Below, in pieces: positions 27,140-39,999 of a stretch of 64,000 nt of DNA (position 1 is its first letter; each line of letters opens with the position of its first letter). Both the position numbers and the translations under genes were made by a program. The DNA comes from Rhizophagus irregularis (lineage: Eukaryota), in NCBI RefSeq assembly GCF_026210795.1, contig NC_089429.1:7068001-7132000 (forward strand). The letters run 5' to 3'. The notes under the pieces were generated by a model. It was not told the origin of the DNA. It saw only the letters and a program-made list of their open reading frames with translations, and searched no databases.

Positions 27140-27340
27140 TCAATGTAGCAAATGTCGAATATGTTTGACATGTTCGATATGTTGCATATGTCCGATATGT
27201 AGAATATATAGAATATATGGAACATGTAGCATATATGAGATATATAGAACATGTAGCATATATGGGATATATAGAACATATGGAATATATAGAACATATA
27301 GCATATATAGGATATATAGCATATGTAGCATATGTTAAAC
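27140..27340. repeat. Minisatellite with ~9-bp period (ATATATAGC/ATATGTAGC/ATATAGAAC)
   Basis: Visible periodicity; the overlapping low-complexity ORFs are artefacts of it. Confidence 0.8.
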
Positions 27341-28747
27341 ATTTTTAGTTTGGAAATTTATGTATATATAGACCTCTAATTAGACCTGTAATTAAAGAAT
27401 TCAATATAAGAACGTGTGTGAAGAATTTAATTAATAAAATGTTTACCCTTTAGTATACACCTTAATTTTAAGTTTGGTTTTATATGGTTAATCTGCCTTC
27501 CCTTATTTGTGTCTGATTGTATGCGCCAGTGTGAAGCGATACTCTATTCACATCTGATTGGATTGATTTTAACATATACGTTGATCCTTAAAATTACCTT
27601 CTGCTTTATTAAATATAAACATTTTTTAATGTATAGCTTAGTATTTTTAAGCTTATAAGAACTGACCTCTAACAATAGGTCTGATAGCAGCGCTGTTCTT
27701 GAGTTCGTATTATTATTAAGAAAAACAATTCTTTTGGAAAATATCAGATGATAATGATTTTTTTTTAGAAAGGATGCAACACTTCTTGATTTTATGGTTC
27801 ACACTTGGATCATTAATTTTAACTAACGGAAACAACAATACATTACTTCTCTTTCATTAGCGATCGTTGTTTCATTTTCTGATAAAATAAAGTTCACAGA
27901 CTAAACGTTACGATGCATATGCACCGTATAAAAAATTTTATATAATGTTATCCATATAATTGAAATGATATATCAAAAAGGATAAACTTTCATCATATAT
28001 ATCTACTAGTAAGTAGTAAAGGTACCGATTCTAATTGTTCCATTTATATACTATGAATAAACAGCTTTAAAAAAAGTGAAAATCTTTAAAGTGTGTAGCA
28101 AACTTTGAAAATCGAATTAATAAATTAATAAAATCAAATTTAGTAAAACTAATATTATCGGTTTGATGGGACCATTCATGCAATTTTTATAATAAACTTC
28201 CGTTATTACCCAATAATTTTATTATTATGCTAATACATAGTAATATGAGATAATCGACCTATATAACAATTATGTAAAATCTGCATGAACTTATGAGGAT
28301 AACTGATAATATAGTATATTACTTTCTTTTTTTGTATTGTCATTTATTTCTCCCTTGAATTGTATATTTTGTGATTAAAATAAATTGATTAATTTTTATA
28401 CGTTTGCCATCAAATATTAAATACATTCATCGTAACAATTCCTCTACCATCATAGTACCCTCCTAGTATAACGTGGCGGTGGCGTGGGTACTGGTGATAT
28501 ATTTATACAAACAAAAAATTTCGACTCTTGATATACAAAAAAGAAAATTTTTTTATTTATGATCCAAATGGAGTAGAAATCCTAAACAGATTGGGTATTT
28601 TAAACTCATGGTAAAAAATAACATGATTTACTTTTAAAAGAATTGTAGGACAATGCGCAGGAAATACAAAATAGGAAAACATATCAAGTTTTTTATGAGT
28701 GATGCAAGGTGCATAAATTCGAATGAGAAAATATTTTTTTGTTATTT

Positions 28748-28962
28748 TAATTAATGTAAGAAGTTTCTTTATTAAGTTATAATTTTCTAAAAGAATATAT
28801 GAGAGTGGATTTTTTTATTAGTCATTCTTGTATCCCAGAAAAAAGTCATTTTTTTAATAAAAAAAAAAAGATCTAAATTTTTTTATTTCAGTTTTTTTCC
28901 AATAATTTCGATAATAAAATAAAGGGAGGTTGCAATTTAACATGGGAAAAAAAATCTATTTT
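28748..28962. repeat. Third, direct-orientation partial copy of the RdRP upstream sequence (~19788-20020)
   Basis: Shares TAATTAATGTAAGAAGTTTCT, AAAAGATCTAAATTTTTTTATTTCAGTTTTTTT and TTGCAATTTAACATGGG with the left arm. Confidence 0.7.
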
Positions 28963-30014
28963 GAGATTAGATTTCGCCCCTGATGTCAGAAAAGGAGATG
29001 GCTGTTAGACAGAAATCAGGTATAAATATACCTTCTGCCAACTCACCGATAGAAGTACGGTAGTAGTGTTAATTAGTTTAATATTAAGTAATATACCACT
29101 ATCAGTTTTTATCGTTTCGTTGTAAAACCTATAGTCCTATGTTTATTCAATAAAATCGTCGTACTTCGGTAGTATTGAAAAAGAATCTCATTGGTAATTG
29201 TGTGTTTATACATTATAATATCACTAGCTATACGGCTCTTAATTACCGATATAACTGGTTAGCAAAATGATCTGCTTGCCAAGATTCTCACACATCCCAA
29301 GTATCGAAAGAAGGATATCACTACAAATATTCGTCAGATATTACCTTTAATCAAGGTTTGCAAATATGTTTCACAAGTCTTATCATAGTAAGGATGGCCA
29401 TCGGTCCTAAAAGACCGTGGTCCTACGGTCTTGCATCTTAAAAAGATGGACCAGTCCTAATAATCATGATCTAAACAGGTAAACGATCATCAAAACACAA
29501 AATAAAAACGGATGTTACGCAGATGATGTGGCTGAAATAACAAATAAAAATCGATTAACCTCCTTTTTATTAAATATCAATGAAAAAAAATTTTTTTATT
29601 AAAAAAAATGACAGAAACTTCTTACATTAATTATGAAATTTTTTTTTCGTTAAATTAAATTACAATCCAAAAAAAAATTTTTTTTTTTTCAGCCCATTGG
29701 CTTTGATGTAACTTTTTGATGTGCAATTTTATTTGATTGTGTAATATATATACAGTATGTTTTTTAGATAATTCATAATAAAAAGAATAACGTGGCTATG
29801 AGCCGCTGATCGGCTATGATTGTGATTTTTTTGAATTGATGGTAACCCCTACAAGCCCCATCAGGAAGCCAAATCAGTGGCACAACTAAGCCACCGTTTT
29901 TTTTATTTGGGTTTACTTATTTATACTTTCTTTTTTATTTTCTTTTTAAAAATATAAAACTTATTATAATATTTTTAATTAAAATTTATTAATCACGAAA
30001 GAAACATTGCAATT

Positions 30015-30213
30015 CCCTATAAAAAATTTTTATCCGAATATTTCCATTATTTCTCCGTGTCTTCCGTAAAAATTCCGTGAAAATGATACATTCACGGATA
30101 TCCGTGTTAGCGAGATGAAAATTTCCATGATTTAAGGCTATAAATTCCATTAAAATAATACATTCGCGGAAAAAACATGGAAAAATAAAACACGGATCAG
30201 ATTTTTTACAGGG
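30015..30213. mobile_element. MITE with CCCT(A/G)TAAAAAA termini and 3-bp ATT TSD (CACTA/CMC-like)
   Basis: Empty site in the left arm (reverse complement CATTGCA-ATT-TTGTAAC) versus filled site ATT[CCCTAT...ACAGGG]ATT. Confidence 0.85.
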
Positions 30214-31428
30214 ATTTTGTAACTGTCAGTAGCTTTATTTCTTGTTAAATGTGGCAAAATTTCCCGGTATCGGAACGATCATAAAAAACAATTACCGCAT
30301 CTTCTATAGAGATTTCATAACATAAAAATTTGTAAAATTAATTATACGATAGATACATTTTTTTTCATACTATAGTTGTACAGTACTTTTGAAATAAATA
30401 GGATTCGTCAAGTACCTGATAATGACACAAAAAAAGGGTGTTACGTTTTAATACGTACCCATGAGTAAAAGGGTCAGTGTCCCGATTTGTATCCATAGTC
30501 AGAATTTTTATCAATCTATTTGCCATAAATGTAGAACAAGATGAGAAAATCATATTTTGTAATATTTTTTCTCTTTTTTTTTTGTACCGAAAATATATAT
30601 AACAAATTTCAAGAATACTTACATTATAACTTTCGATAAATAGTGTATATTGCTCCTTCAAAAATTTTTACAAACAATTTGAACGTTTCTTTCAATAATT
30701 AAAAATATTTGAACATGTACTTTCGTACTGTAAATAGTATTTGTAATTGCCAAAATTAGAGACAATACAATATTTTTTAATTACCAAGTCATTAATTACT
30801 GTAATACTTGGATCGGGTACAAACGCTGTACAAACGAGTATTACACCAGTTATTTCCTTATCCGTAAAAAAGGCCGTAAAAAAGGCTTATTTTGTGTGAA
30901 AAATTTCAATAAATGATTACTGATTAAATTTTATTGATATAACAAATATTATGAAAGTATAAAGGAAATATTCCACAACTACTCCACATCAAAATCAATA
31001 GATTGATAAATCAGTCGGCATTACAAACCAAATCATATATGGCAATCTATTATGACACATCGATAGACGATCAATAAAGTTTTTAAATAATAAAAAGCGT
31101 TCGTTCTTTATAATAAAATTCTACAATCGCTCGAAAAAACTGTCATTAGATCATCCTCAAGCGTTAATATATATATTGAAAATTTTCTATCATTTCGAAC
31201 GTTTTAAACATTGAACGTGTTCACATGGAAAAACATATTTCCAAATTGGAATATGCAAGCCATCAAGCCCCTAAAGCCCTAATAAAATAAATTATTGTTT
31301 TGATCACCAGATATTACAGTATAAACTAAATCCATTTTAAAGTTATTTCTTTTTATTTCTTACATTTTATTTTTGTTTTAGGAACGTTACCAACGTTACT
31401 AACATGTCCTTATTTTTTTTAGGAACAG

Positions 31429-31580
31429 CTTTACAGAAACTTCAAGATCGTAGCGATGGCTTAATGCGCAGTAACTGCGTTATAAATACAAAGTGACCAC
31501 ATTATGTAATCGTAAAGAAATTACATATATGCAGTTACTGCGCATTAAGCCATCGCTACGATCTTGAAGTTTCTGTAAAG
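31429..31580. mobile_element. Foldback MITE, 152 bp, perfect 50-bp TIRs, 2-bp AG TSD
   Basis: TIR CTTTACAGAAACTTCAAGATCGTAGCGATGGCTTAATGCGCAGTAACTGC; the empty site AGGAAC-AG-CCTCTT is present in the left arm. Confidence 0.9.
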
Positions 31581-34079
31581 AGCCTTTTAAACTTTGAAAT
31601 TGGGTGAAATGGAGGTATTTTCTTTATTTTTTTACATTTTATTTTTGTTTTAAAAACATTTCTAATGTTTTTTTTTCTTTGTTTTTTAACGACCTCCATT
31701 TCGCCCATTAAAGTTCAAAAGGCTGTTCTAATAAAATAAAGAAAAAGGAATGTTTACCTAAAACGAAAAAATAAAAATATAAAAAAGAACATGACCACGT
31801 AAACTTCAGATGTGAATCATTGACATTTATGTAAATTTACACAAGTTCACGTAAATTTTCATAAGAAAATTGTATCTACACATATTTACGTAAGTTTACA
31901 CTCCCGTCGCATGGTTACGCCTAAAAAATTTCCTGACGTTCATCAGTGCTAGCTTTATTTCCTTTTTTATAAGATTTTTAATTATACTAATTTATTTTTT
32001 ATTAAAAGATTCCTTTACCAAATCCCCTCCAATAAATAATGATTACTCTGATTGCTAAATTACATTTTAAAATTTATTATATAAATTAATTCACAGTTTG
32101 AGCTACGTCATCTATCATTAGTACGTTCTATTATTGAGTTTTAATTACAGCAACAAATACTTTTAAGGTCGACTTAATTGCCCAAAATTACCAAGATTAA
32201 CCATAGGTATTGATATTATGCACAATTTATGACTCATTCATGAGAAACACTACAAATAATATGAACAATATTAATTTCAAACTAGTTCACAGTACATTAA
32301 AATTTAATTTCAGCGCGAAAACTGGTTATATCGATTAATTTAGATTAAACTCTTTTTTATTAATCAAAGTTTTTCGAGAGTATTAGAAATAAAATTTTTT
32401 TCCTAAAAAGATTTTAGATTCCGTAGTGATATTTAAATAAGGATATAAAGTTTAATTTACTCATAGGATTATCGAAATTATTGGTTTTATCAGAAAGATT
32501 CGTGGAATAAAAATTTATTTCGTACAAAATGTATCAATGTAGCGCGACATATTCTAAATTAGCCATTGATAGTTTACAAAATAATAGACACTATTAATAA
32601 AAAAATATCTTTTTAAAGAAAAATACAAAAATATTAATTTGCATTTACATATACAGAAAGTTCAGTTTTAATAGGCAATTGTAAAGATTATTTAGTCTAG
32701 GCGCAGTATATAGTTAAATCATAAGATATTTGTGAAAAAGATGTTAACAGTCGACCCTTTATAATCACATCATTTACTAAGTGTGACTATAAAGAATAGT
32801 AAGATATAGTCACATGGATAGATAATATATTTTTAAATAAAATATTAATAAATTTAATAAATTTATTTTTTAAGTTATCATATATTATTAACGTGTAGAT
32901 TTAATTTATTACCTTTTAATGAATCTTTGATTGTAATAATTGAATGAAAATTCATGAAATTTTGTTATAACTGAAATCATTGTTAACTTTCAATAATAAA
33001 TGCATGAAAAAAACTTTAAATTTTCCACCCGTATGCAAAAAAAACACGTACAACGGATGTGTTAGGTGTAATTACACCACGGTTAACCAAATTATAAATG
33101 AAGCATTTGAGACACATTGGAAAAAAAAGATATTAAAATAGATCTTTGAATATATACTTTAGAATTATTTGAAATTATGAACGACAAATCAATGATGATT
33201 TTTAATGGAAGAGTATTTCATAAAGCGATAAAAGGTCTTGTCAATAAACGCTTATTTTGTGGATTTAAGGATAAATTATTCAAAGAGATATTAGGGAATT
33301 TGTTAAACATACTATTAAAGAATTCGCTAAAAAATTTATCTGGTTACCAAGTTGTGAAGAAGTAAACAAATGGGAAATTAGCCATGGCATAACTAAACAA
33401 ATGAAACGCAGGGGTACCACAATATGAGGTGATGTAAATGTGCTAAAGAACGGTTTAGTAAAGATATACGTGATAGGTGGATAGGTCATTATTTGGAAGT
33501 TGGAGGAAATCTAGATGACATTTGGTTTTCTTTAGATATTTCGACATATCATAGATTAATAATGTTTAGGAGTTCTCAATATGTAGAAAATTATTCGATA
33601 CTAGATTAGAGTTAATTTGTAGATAGATACTTTATTGATATGATGTGTATATGTTATGACTGAAATTGATCTGATATATGAAATTAAAATTTGATGATCA
33701 ATTAAAATAAAATCGAACATTTCATATTTAAAGATCAGCTAGATTTCAATTTCAGTCACAACACCGATAACCTAATCTGAAAGTCATGATTTAAACCTGA
33801 TCTGCGCCAAGAACTGGTCACAGATCGAGCAGATCGATCAGTTGCCATTCAGGTTAAAAATCCGTTAAAATCATAATTTACTTGGTAACCCTTCATTCCG
33901 TCGATTAGTGTACAGAGTTTCACCTTTTGGCATTAATTTCAAACAACCTTACACTACATCATATTACATTATAGCATTATTATGGTATTGCAACCTAATT
34001 CAGATAGTTGTATTTCCATTAACTGGTAGATATTCTTCTGATCATGTTTTACATTTTATGAGTTAATTGTGCTTTTATT

Positions 34080-35632
34080 GTCTGATGGAATTGCCAATTG
34101 TGTTTGGTTATATTTTTACATTAGACTTTTCATCTGGTGAAGATGTAGATTGGGTTTCCATTAGTTGGTAAGAATTTCTGGTTGTACTTTTTACATTTGA
34201 TTTTGTTTATTTTATTTGGAGTTGCTGGTTGTATTTTCATGTGTGATTTTTTATCTGATGGAATTGCTGGTTGTATTTTCACACATGATTTTTATCTGGT
34301 GGGTTGCTGGTCGTATTTTCATACATGATTTTTTATCTGGTGGAGCTGCTAATTATATCTCTTCATTTGATTTTTTATCTGATGTAGTTGCTGGTCATAT
34401 TTCTACCTTTGATTTTTTATCTGGTGGAATTGCTGGTTGTATTTTCACACGCGATTTTTTATCTGGTGGGTTTGCTTGTTATATTTTCACACATGATTTT
34501 TATTCTGGTGGAGTTGCTGGGTGATTTTTTTGCATTTGATTCTTATCTGATGGAGTTGCTAGTTGTATTTTCACGTGATTCTTTATCTGGTGGGGTTGCT
34601 TGTTGTATTTTCATATGTTATTTTTTGTCTGGTGAAGTTGCTGGTTGTATTTTTACATTTAATCTTTATCTGGTGAAGTTGCTAATTATATCTCTTTATT
34701 TGATTTTTTATCTGATGTAGTTGCTGGTCATATTTCTACCTTTGATTTTTTATCTGGTGGAGTTACTGGTTGTATTTTCACATGCGATTTTTTATCTGGT
34801 GGGTTGGTTTGCTTATTATATTTCACATGTGATTTTTATTCTGTTGGAGTTGCTGGGTGATTTTTTTGTATCTGATTCTTATCTGATGGAGTTGCTGGAA
34901 TTTCTTGTTGTATTTTCACACATGATTTTTTGTCTGGTGAAGTTGCTGGTTGTATTTTTGCATTTAATTCTTTATCTGGTGAAGTTGCTAATTATATCTC
35001 TTTATTTGATTTTTTATCTGATGTAGTTGCTGGTCATATTTCTACCTTTGATTTTTTATCTGGTGGAATTGCTGGTTGTATTTTCACACGCGATTTTTTA
35101 TCTGGTGGGTTTGCTTGTTATATTTTCACATGTGATTTTTATTCTGGTGGAGTTGCTGGGTGATTTTTTTGCATTTGATTCTTATATGATGGAGTTGCTA
35201 GTTGTATTTTCACGTGATTCTTTATCTGGTAGGGTTGCTTGTTGTATTTTCATATGTTATTTTTTGTCTGGTGAAGTTGCTGATTGTATTTTTACATTTA
35301 ATCTTTATCTGATGAAGTTGCTAATTATATCTCTTTATTTGATTTTTTATCTGATGTAGTTGCTGGTCATATTTCTACCTTTGATTTTTTATCTGGTGGA
35401 GTTGCTGGGTGATTTTTTTGCATCTGATTCTTATCTGATGGAGTTGCCGAAGTTTCTTGTTGTATTTTCACACATGATTTTTTGTCTGGTGAAGTTGCTA
35501 GTTGTATTTTTGCATTTAATTCTTTATCTGGTGAAGTTGCTAATTATATCTCTTTATTTGATTTTTTATCTGATGTAGTTGCTGGTTATATTTCTACCTT
35601 TAATTTTTTATCTGGTGAAGTTGCTGGTTGTA
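34080..35632. repeat. Satellite-like array of ~41-42 bp monomers with ~333/306-bp higher-order units
   Basis: Monomer ~TTTTTATCTGGTGGAGTTGCTGGTTGTATTTTCACACATGAT; landmark TTGCTGGTCATATTTCTACC at 34388, 34721, 35027 and 35360. Confidence 0.9.
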
Positions 35633-37719
35633 CTTAATTCATATAACTATTAATTACCGATTTGCATGAGATAAATAGAAAAATTATCGCAAATTTAAAA
35701 TCTGTGTTTCCCTATAGATAAGTTGATTAATTTTTAACCAAATCATTTGAAATTTTTATTGAATGAACTTTGAGATTTAATTTTTTTATTCAAATGTTTA
35801 ATATGATTCTTATAAAACTCAAAATTTTAAAATCCATTTATAAATTAAACAAGTCAAAATTACATATGAAATGTGCATTTCCTTCATAGATAAGTCAATC
35901 AATTTTTAACCAAATTACTTAAATTTTTGTTGAAAAAACTTTGAGATTATATTTTTTTATTCAAGTATTTAATATTAATACTATAAAATTTAAAATTTTA
36001 CAAAAAATTCCTAAATATTGCCAATTAGTCAAAATTTAGCAATATTTTGAATAAATTTGCACTACTTTTTTTTTGCTTTATAAAAGTATCAGCTAAAAAC
36101 CTCAAATTTTACATTTACATACTTTACATATGTATTAATATATTTTTTAAAAAAAATTAATTGAAAAAATACAAATTTTTTTTATATTTGATATAATGAT
36201 TTTAAACTCTGCAAAAACTACATTTTTTTGCGATTTTTTCAAATTTTTCAGTTTCAGTTTTTAAGTTAATAACTCCGCAAAAATAAATTTTGATGCTTTA
36301 TTAAAATAATCTGCATCACGCTTTAAATCACATATTCTGAATATAGTATACAAAGTATTTATTTTTAGATTATTAAGTAAAATCAGGGTTTCAATTAGTA
36401 TATCATTCACATGTGGACTAGCAATTAATATTTAAATTACTTGCTAGTATTGTTTTATTTTCTAGAAATAATATGTACACTTGCAATAATAAAATCAAGA
36501 TTATGCAAATCTGTTAATATTGCACTTTGCCATCCAGTTCATTTATTTCTTCTGATATTGAAATAAATAGTACAATTGATATCTTTTTATATAAAATAAC
36601 AGATTATAATTAAAATTATTTCTGATAAGTAATTTTTTAATACAATTTAATATGTTTGATTTTCAAACAAATGGTTTCTTTTAATTTGGTTTAATTGTAG
36701 TTCAAAAACTTTAATAATATCATTTTTACTTATAAAATTTTGAAGATAAGAGAAATTCAAAAAGTTATTTTAAATTATACTATATAATATAAATAATAAA
36801 CTACAATTAATTTCTATTACTATTATAATAAATATTAATTATAAAATGGTTAAATATCTTATGTATAATGTTCCAGAAAATCCAATGCTATTTCAGTATA
36901 TTTGTTATACAATTTTATTCTCCAAGTGGCAAACTATCTGCAACCTTTTTTTTAATATTACCAGCTAAAGATGTAGTATATAATTGATAATTACTATTTT
37001 ATGTTGTAATAGTAAGAGTTGCAACCTATTACTATTTTTAAATTTAAAGTATTGTAATAGAACTGAAAAAATTAATAATAAAGGTCACCAGTTTTTTTGA
37101 TTTAAATTTATAATTAATTTTTAAAAAGATTACTATAAAAATAATTAATAATAAAAGTTACATATTGGTTCGCAAGAATAAGAAAATTTGAGTGAAGATC
37201 TTTTCTTTCTATTTTTAGAGCGAAAACATATAAATAAATAGTCAATTATTAACCAATTATAAAATAGTTCGCATTTATATAATTTCTGAATTTTTTTCAG
37301 TAATCTTTATATATAATTTTTTCAAGTTCTATTGTAATATTACAACACTTAAAATTTTTTAAAAATTTCCTTTTTTGAAAAATAAAAATTACAAAAATAA
37401 GTTTTATTAAACAAATATTATTACAAAAAAAAATGATTGATATATTATAATATATATTTATATAATTAGCAATAATTACAATATTATATAATAATTACAA
37501 AACTAGTAGTAATTATAATACTATATAATAATTATAATACTTTACTATGATAATTATAACAAAAGTGTTTTATATATATACAATATTATAATAATTGCAA
37601 CCTTACAATTTTCTAAAAATAATTATATATTATATCTTTATTGCTAGCATTTATATAGTAATATCAGATATTTAGTATATTCTCTGACTAGTGTTAAAAT
37701 TAATTCTGGTATTGGCTTA

Positions 37720-37900
37720 GGGAAGTGACACATATGATGTAATTATTAGAGGGGGGAAGGAAATAATTAAAATCTGATGTTACACTTATTCTATTTATAT
37801 AAATTGTATAATTAAATTTAATTGGTTATTAAATCTGACAAGGGGGGGAGGGGGTAAAATTCATAGTAAAATGAATATGATGTAATATGTGTCACTTCCC
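37720..37900. mobile_element. PIF/Harbinger (Tourist-like) MITE, 181 bp
   Basis: TIR GGGAAGTGACACATAT; TTA TSD on both sides; internal G-runs. Confidence 0.75.
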
Positions 37901-38180
37901 TTATATATACAAAAAAAAAGAATTTTTGATTTATTAATAAATAGAATCATAAATTATATAAATTGGATCTATAAAAAAAAATTTTTTGATTATTATTAAT
38001 TGAAGTTTTTTTCATTAATAATTTAAAACCACTTACATGCATTATTATTATTTATTTATTATATAAATATTATTATTTAAAGAAAATTGATCTAATCTTT
38101 TAATAAACTGTTATATTAGAATTTTCACTATAATTATTATAATTTAACTTTTTTTACTAAAATTAAAAGTTAGTATCAGG

Positions 38181-38670
38181 TAGGGATTGGAATCGATTTT
38201 ACAATAATTGAATTTATCAAAAATCGATAAGAATCGATTTTAAATCGATTATCGAATAAAAATCAAATTTACTTATTGTGGCATAGTAGCGTTAATAAGA
38301 TTTCCACTGCGTAATCTACAAGTATTAGTTTTATTTCGGTTAACAAACCCTATTTGTCACACATTATTTGTCATATAGTTAATTTCTTAATTTCTTAATG
38401 CCGGCCATTTTGTGACATTTTGGAGTAGTCCATTAATAAGAAGTTAAGTTGTTATCACGTAACATTAACAAAAATCCAAAAAAGAAAATTTTGTTGTCCA
38501 ATGAAATTCAAGTTATATTGTACAAAATTCCCAAAAAGGAAATTTTTATGTCAATCTTAATAATTTTGATAGTCACGTGACCGGCAGTAGTATAATTTTG
38601 ATTAACAATTAATTAATGATTAATCGATTCTAAAATTGATTCTAATAATGATAATCGATTCCAATCCCTA
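38181..38670. mobile_element. hAT MITE, 490 bp
   Basis: 18-bp TIR TAGGGATTGGAATCGATT; TSD GTATCAGG/GTATCAAA (6/8); AATCGAT subterminal repeats. Confidence 0.8.
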
Positions 38671-39120
38671 GTATCAAATTATAATTAATATAATAAAGAA
38701 AATTTAATCTCAATTTTTTTAACAACTAACGCTAATAATAAAAAGTACTAAGATTTTTAATATAATTGGCACTTTTAATTTATAATTATCTAATAATCTT
38801 TTAATAAACTGTTATATTAGAATTTTAAAAATTTTTTATAAATTAAATATTTGACAATTTTTTTTTTTTGAATTAAATAATCAATTGTGAAATAAACAAA
38901 TAAAATAAAAGGCTGATACTTTATATAGTCCACTTGCTTTATAACGAATTTTGATTTAACAAATTTCTTAATATATAGTGAACCTTCAGTGTTGTACCAA
39001 TTTTATAAAATAAGTTTATGACCAGTGTATATAAAATATATATAAAATAACTCTTATTGTAACAAATTTTTGTTTAATAACGAATTTTTATTTAATATAA
39101 TAAAGATATTTGTGTATCTA

Positions 39121-39637
39121 TCCCTTAAACTGTAGAAGTTAAAATTAATTTTAAAAATTTTTGAATTTTTAAAATATCTTAAGATCTAGTGATCATAGAA
39201 AAATGAAATTATATTTGTTAGATTCCTCTTATTAAGGCGCATTTAATGGTAATAAAATCATAACTCTAAAATTGATAGATAAAAAGTTATATTAATTTAT
39301 AAATTTTTAGATTTTATAAATTATCCTGTTACATAATATTTGTAGTAGGACAATTTTATTTCTATCAGATTCTTCTCATTAAGACGCATCAAATAGTGGT
39401 AATTTTATATTTCTAGGGTTATTGGATAAAAAGATATTTCAATTTGAAAAATTTAGTTATAATTTGTCGATCATTTACTTTTAAAAAATCATTAATCAAA
39501 TTGCTTTTTTTCAGAAAATACTTAGAATTTATTATAAAAATATTGGTTTATGTAATAAAATATTTTAAGATATTTAAAAGTGTCTTTAATTAAAAAACAA
39601 AATTGCAGGCAAATTTGGCTGCAAACAGTTTAAGGGA
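39121..39637. mobile_element. MITE with TCCCTTAAACTGT termini, TA flanks
   Basis: TA-TCCCTTAAACTGT ... ACAGTTTAAGGGA-TA; two internal AGATTC.TCT.ATTAAG.CGCAT motifs. Confidence 0.7.
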
Positions 39638-39999
39638 TAATATAAGTATTATACAATTTATCACAATATACAAAATTTTTCTGAATTATACCAGATTTTC
39701 ATATTATATTAATAATTTTTTTATAATGAAGGCCTGACCACACTTTTGTTATAAAGCGTATAATGGTTGACCTGTGTTTGGAAGAATACAAAGAAATTAG
39801 TTGTGGTTAGCCCTTACTTGGCACTATTACCAGCCTTCAACCAGGCTTGTTTTAATGATTCCTCTATATTATTTTTGCATGTAAAATGGGAGGATTTTTA
39901 TTTGGAATATTCTATGATTATAATAATATTAATTAGAAACTTGAATGATTCATAAAAAATGTGTTTATATCGTTTTAAATTATTACCATTCCATGTACT

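Larger units (their letters stand above)
29472..32234. repeat. Right arm of the ~3 kb inverted repeat
   Basis: Reverse complement of 17126-20093, with private insertions at 30015-30213 and 31429-31580. Confidence 0.95.

Noticed and set aside
29263..29360. Peptide NDLLAKILTHPKYRKKDITTNIRQILPL, possibly a transposase N-terminal remnant
   Set aside because: Too short, and the resemblance is from memory only.
33000..33500. Coding-like stretch with short ORFs
   Set aside because: Multiple stops and no identifiable family.
34216..35578. Hydrophobic repeat ORFs (LLVVFSH...)
   Set aside because: Artefacts of translating the T-rich strand of the satellite array.
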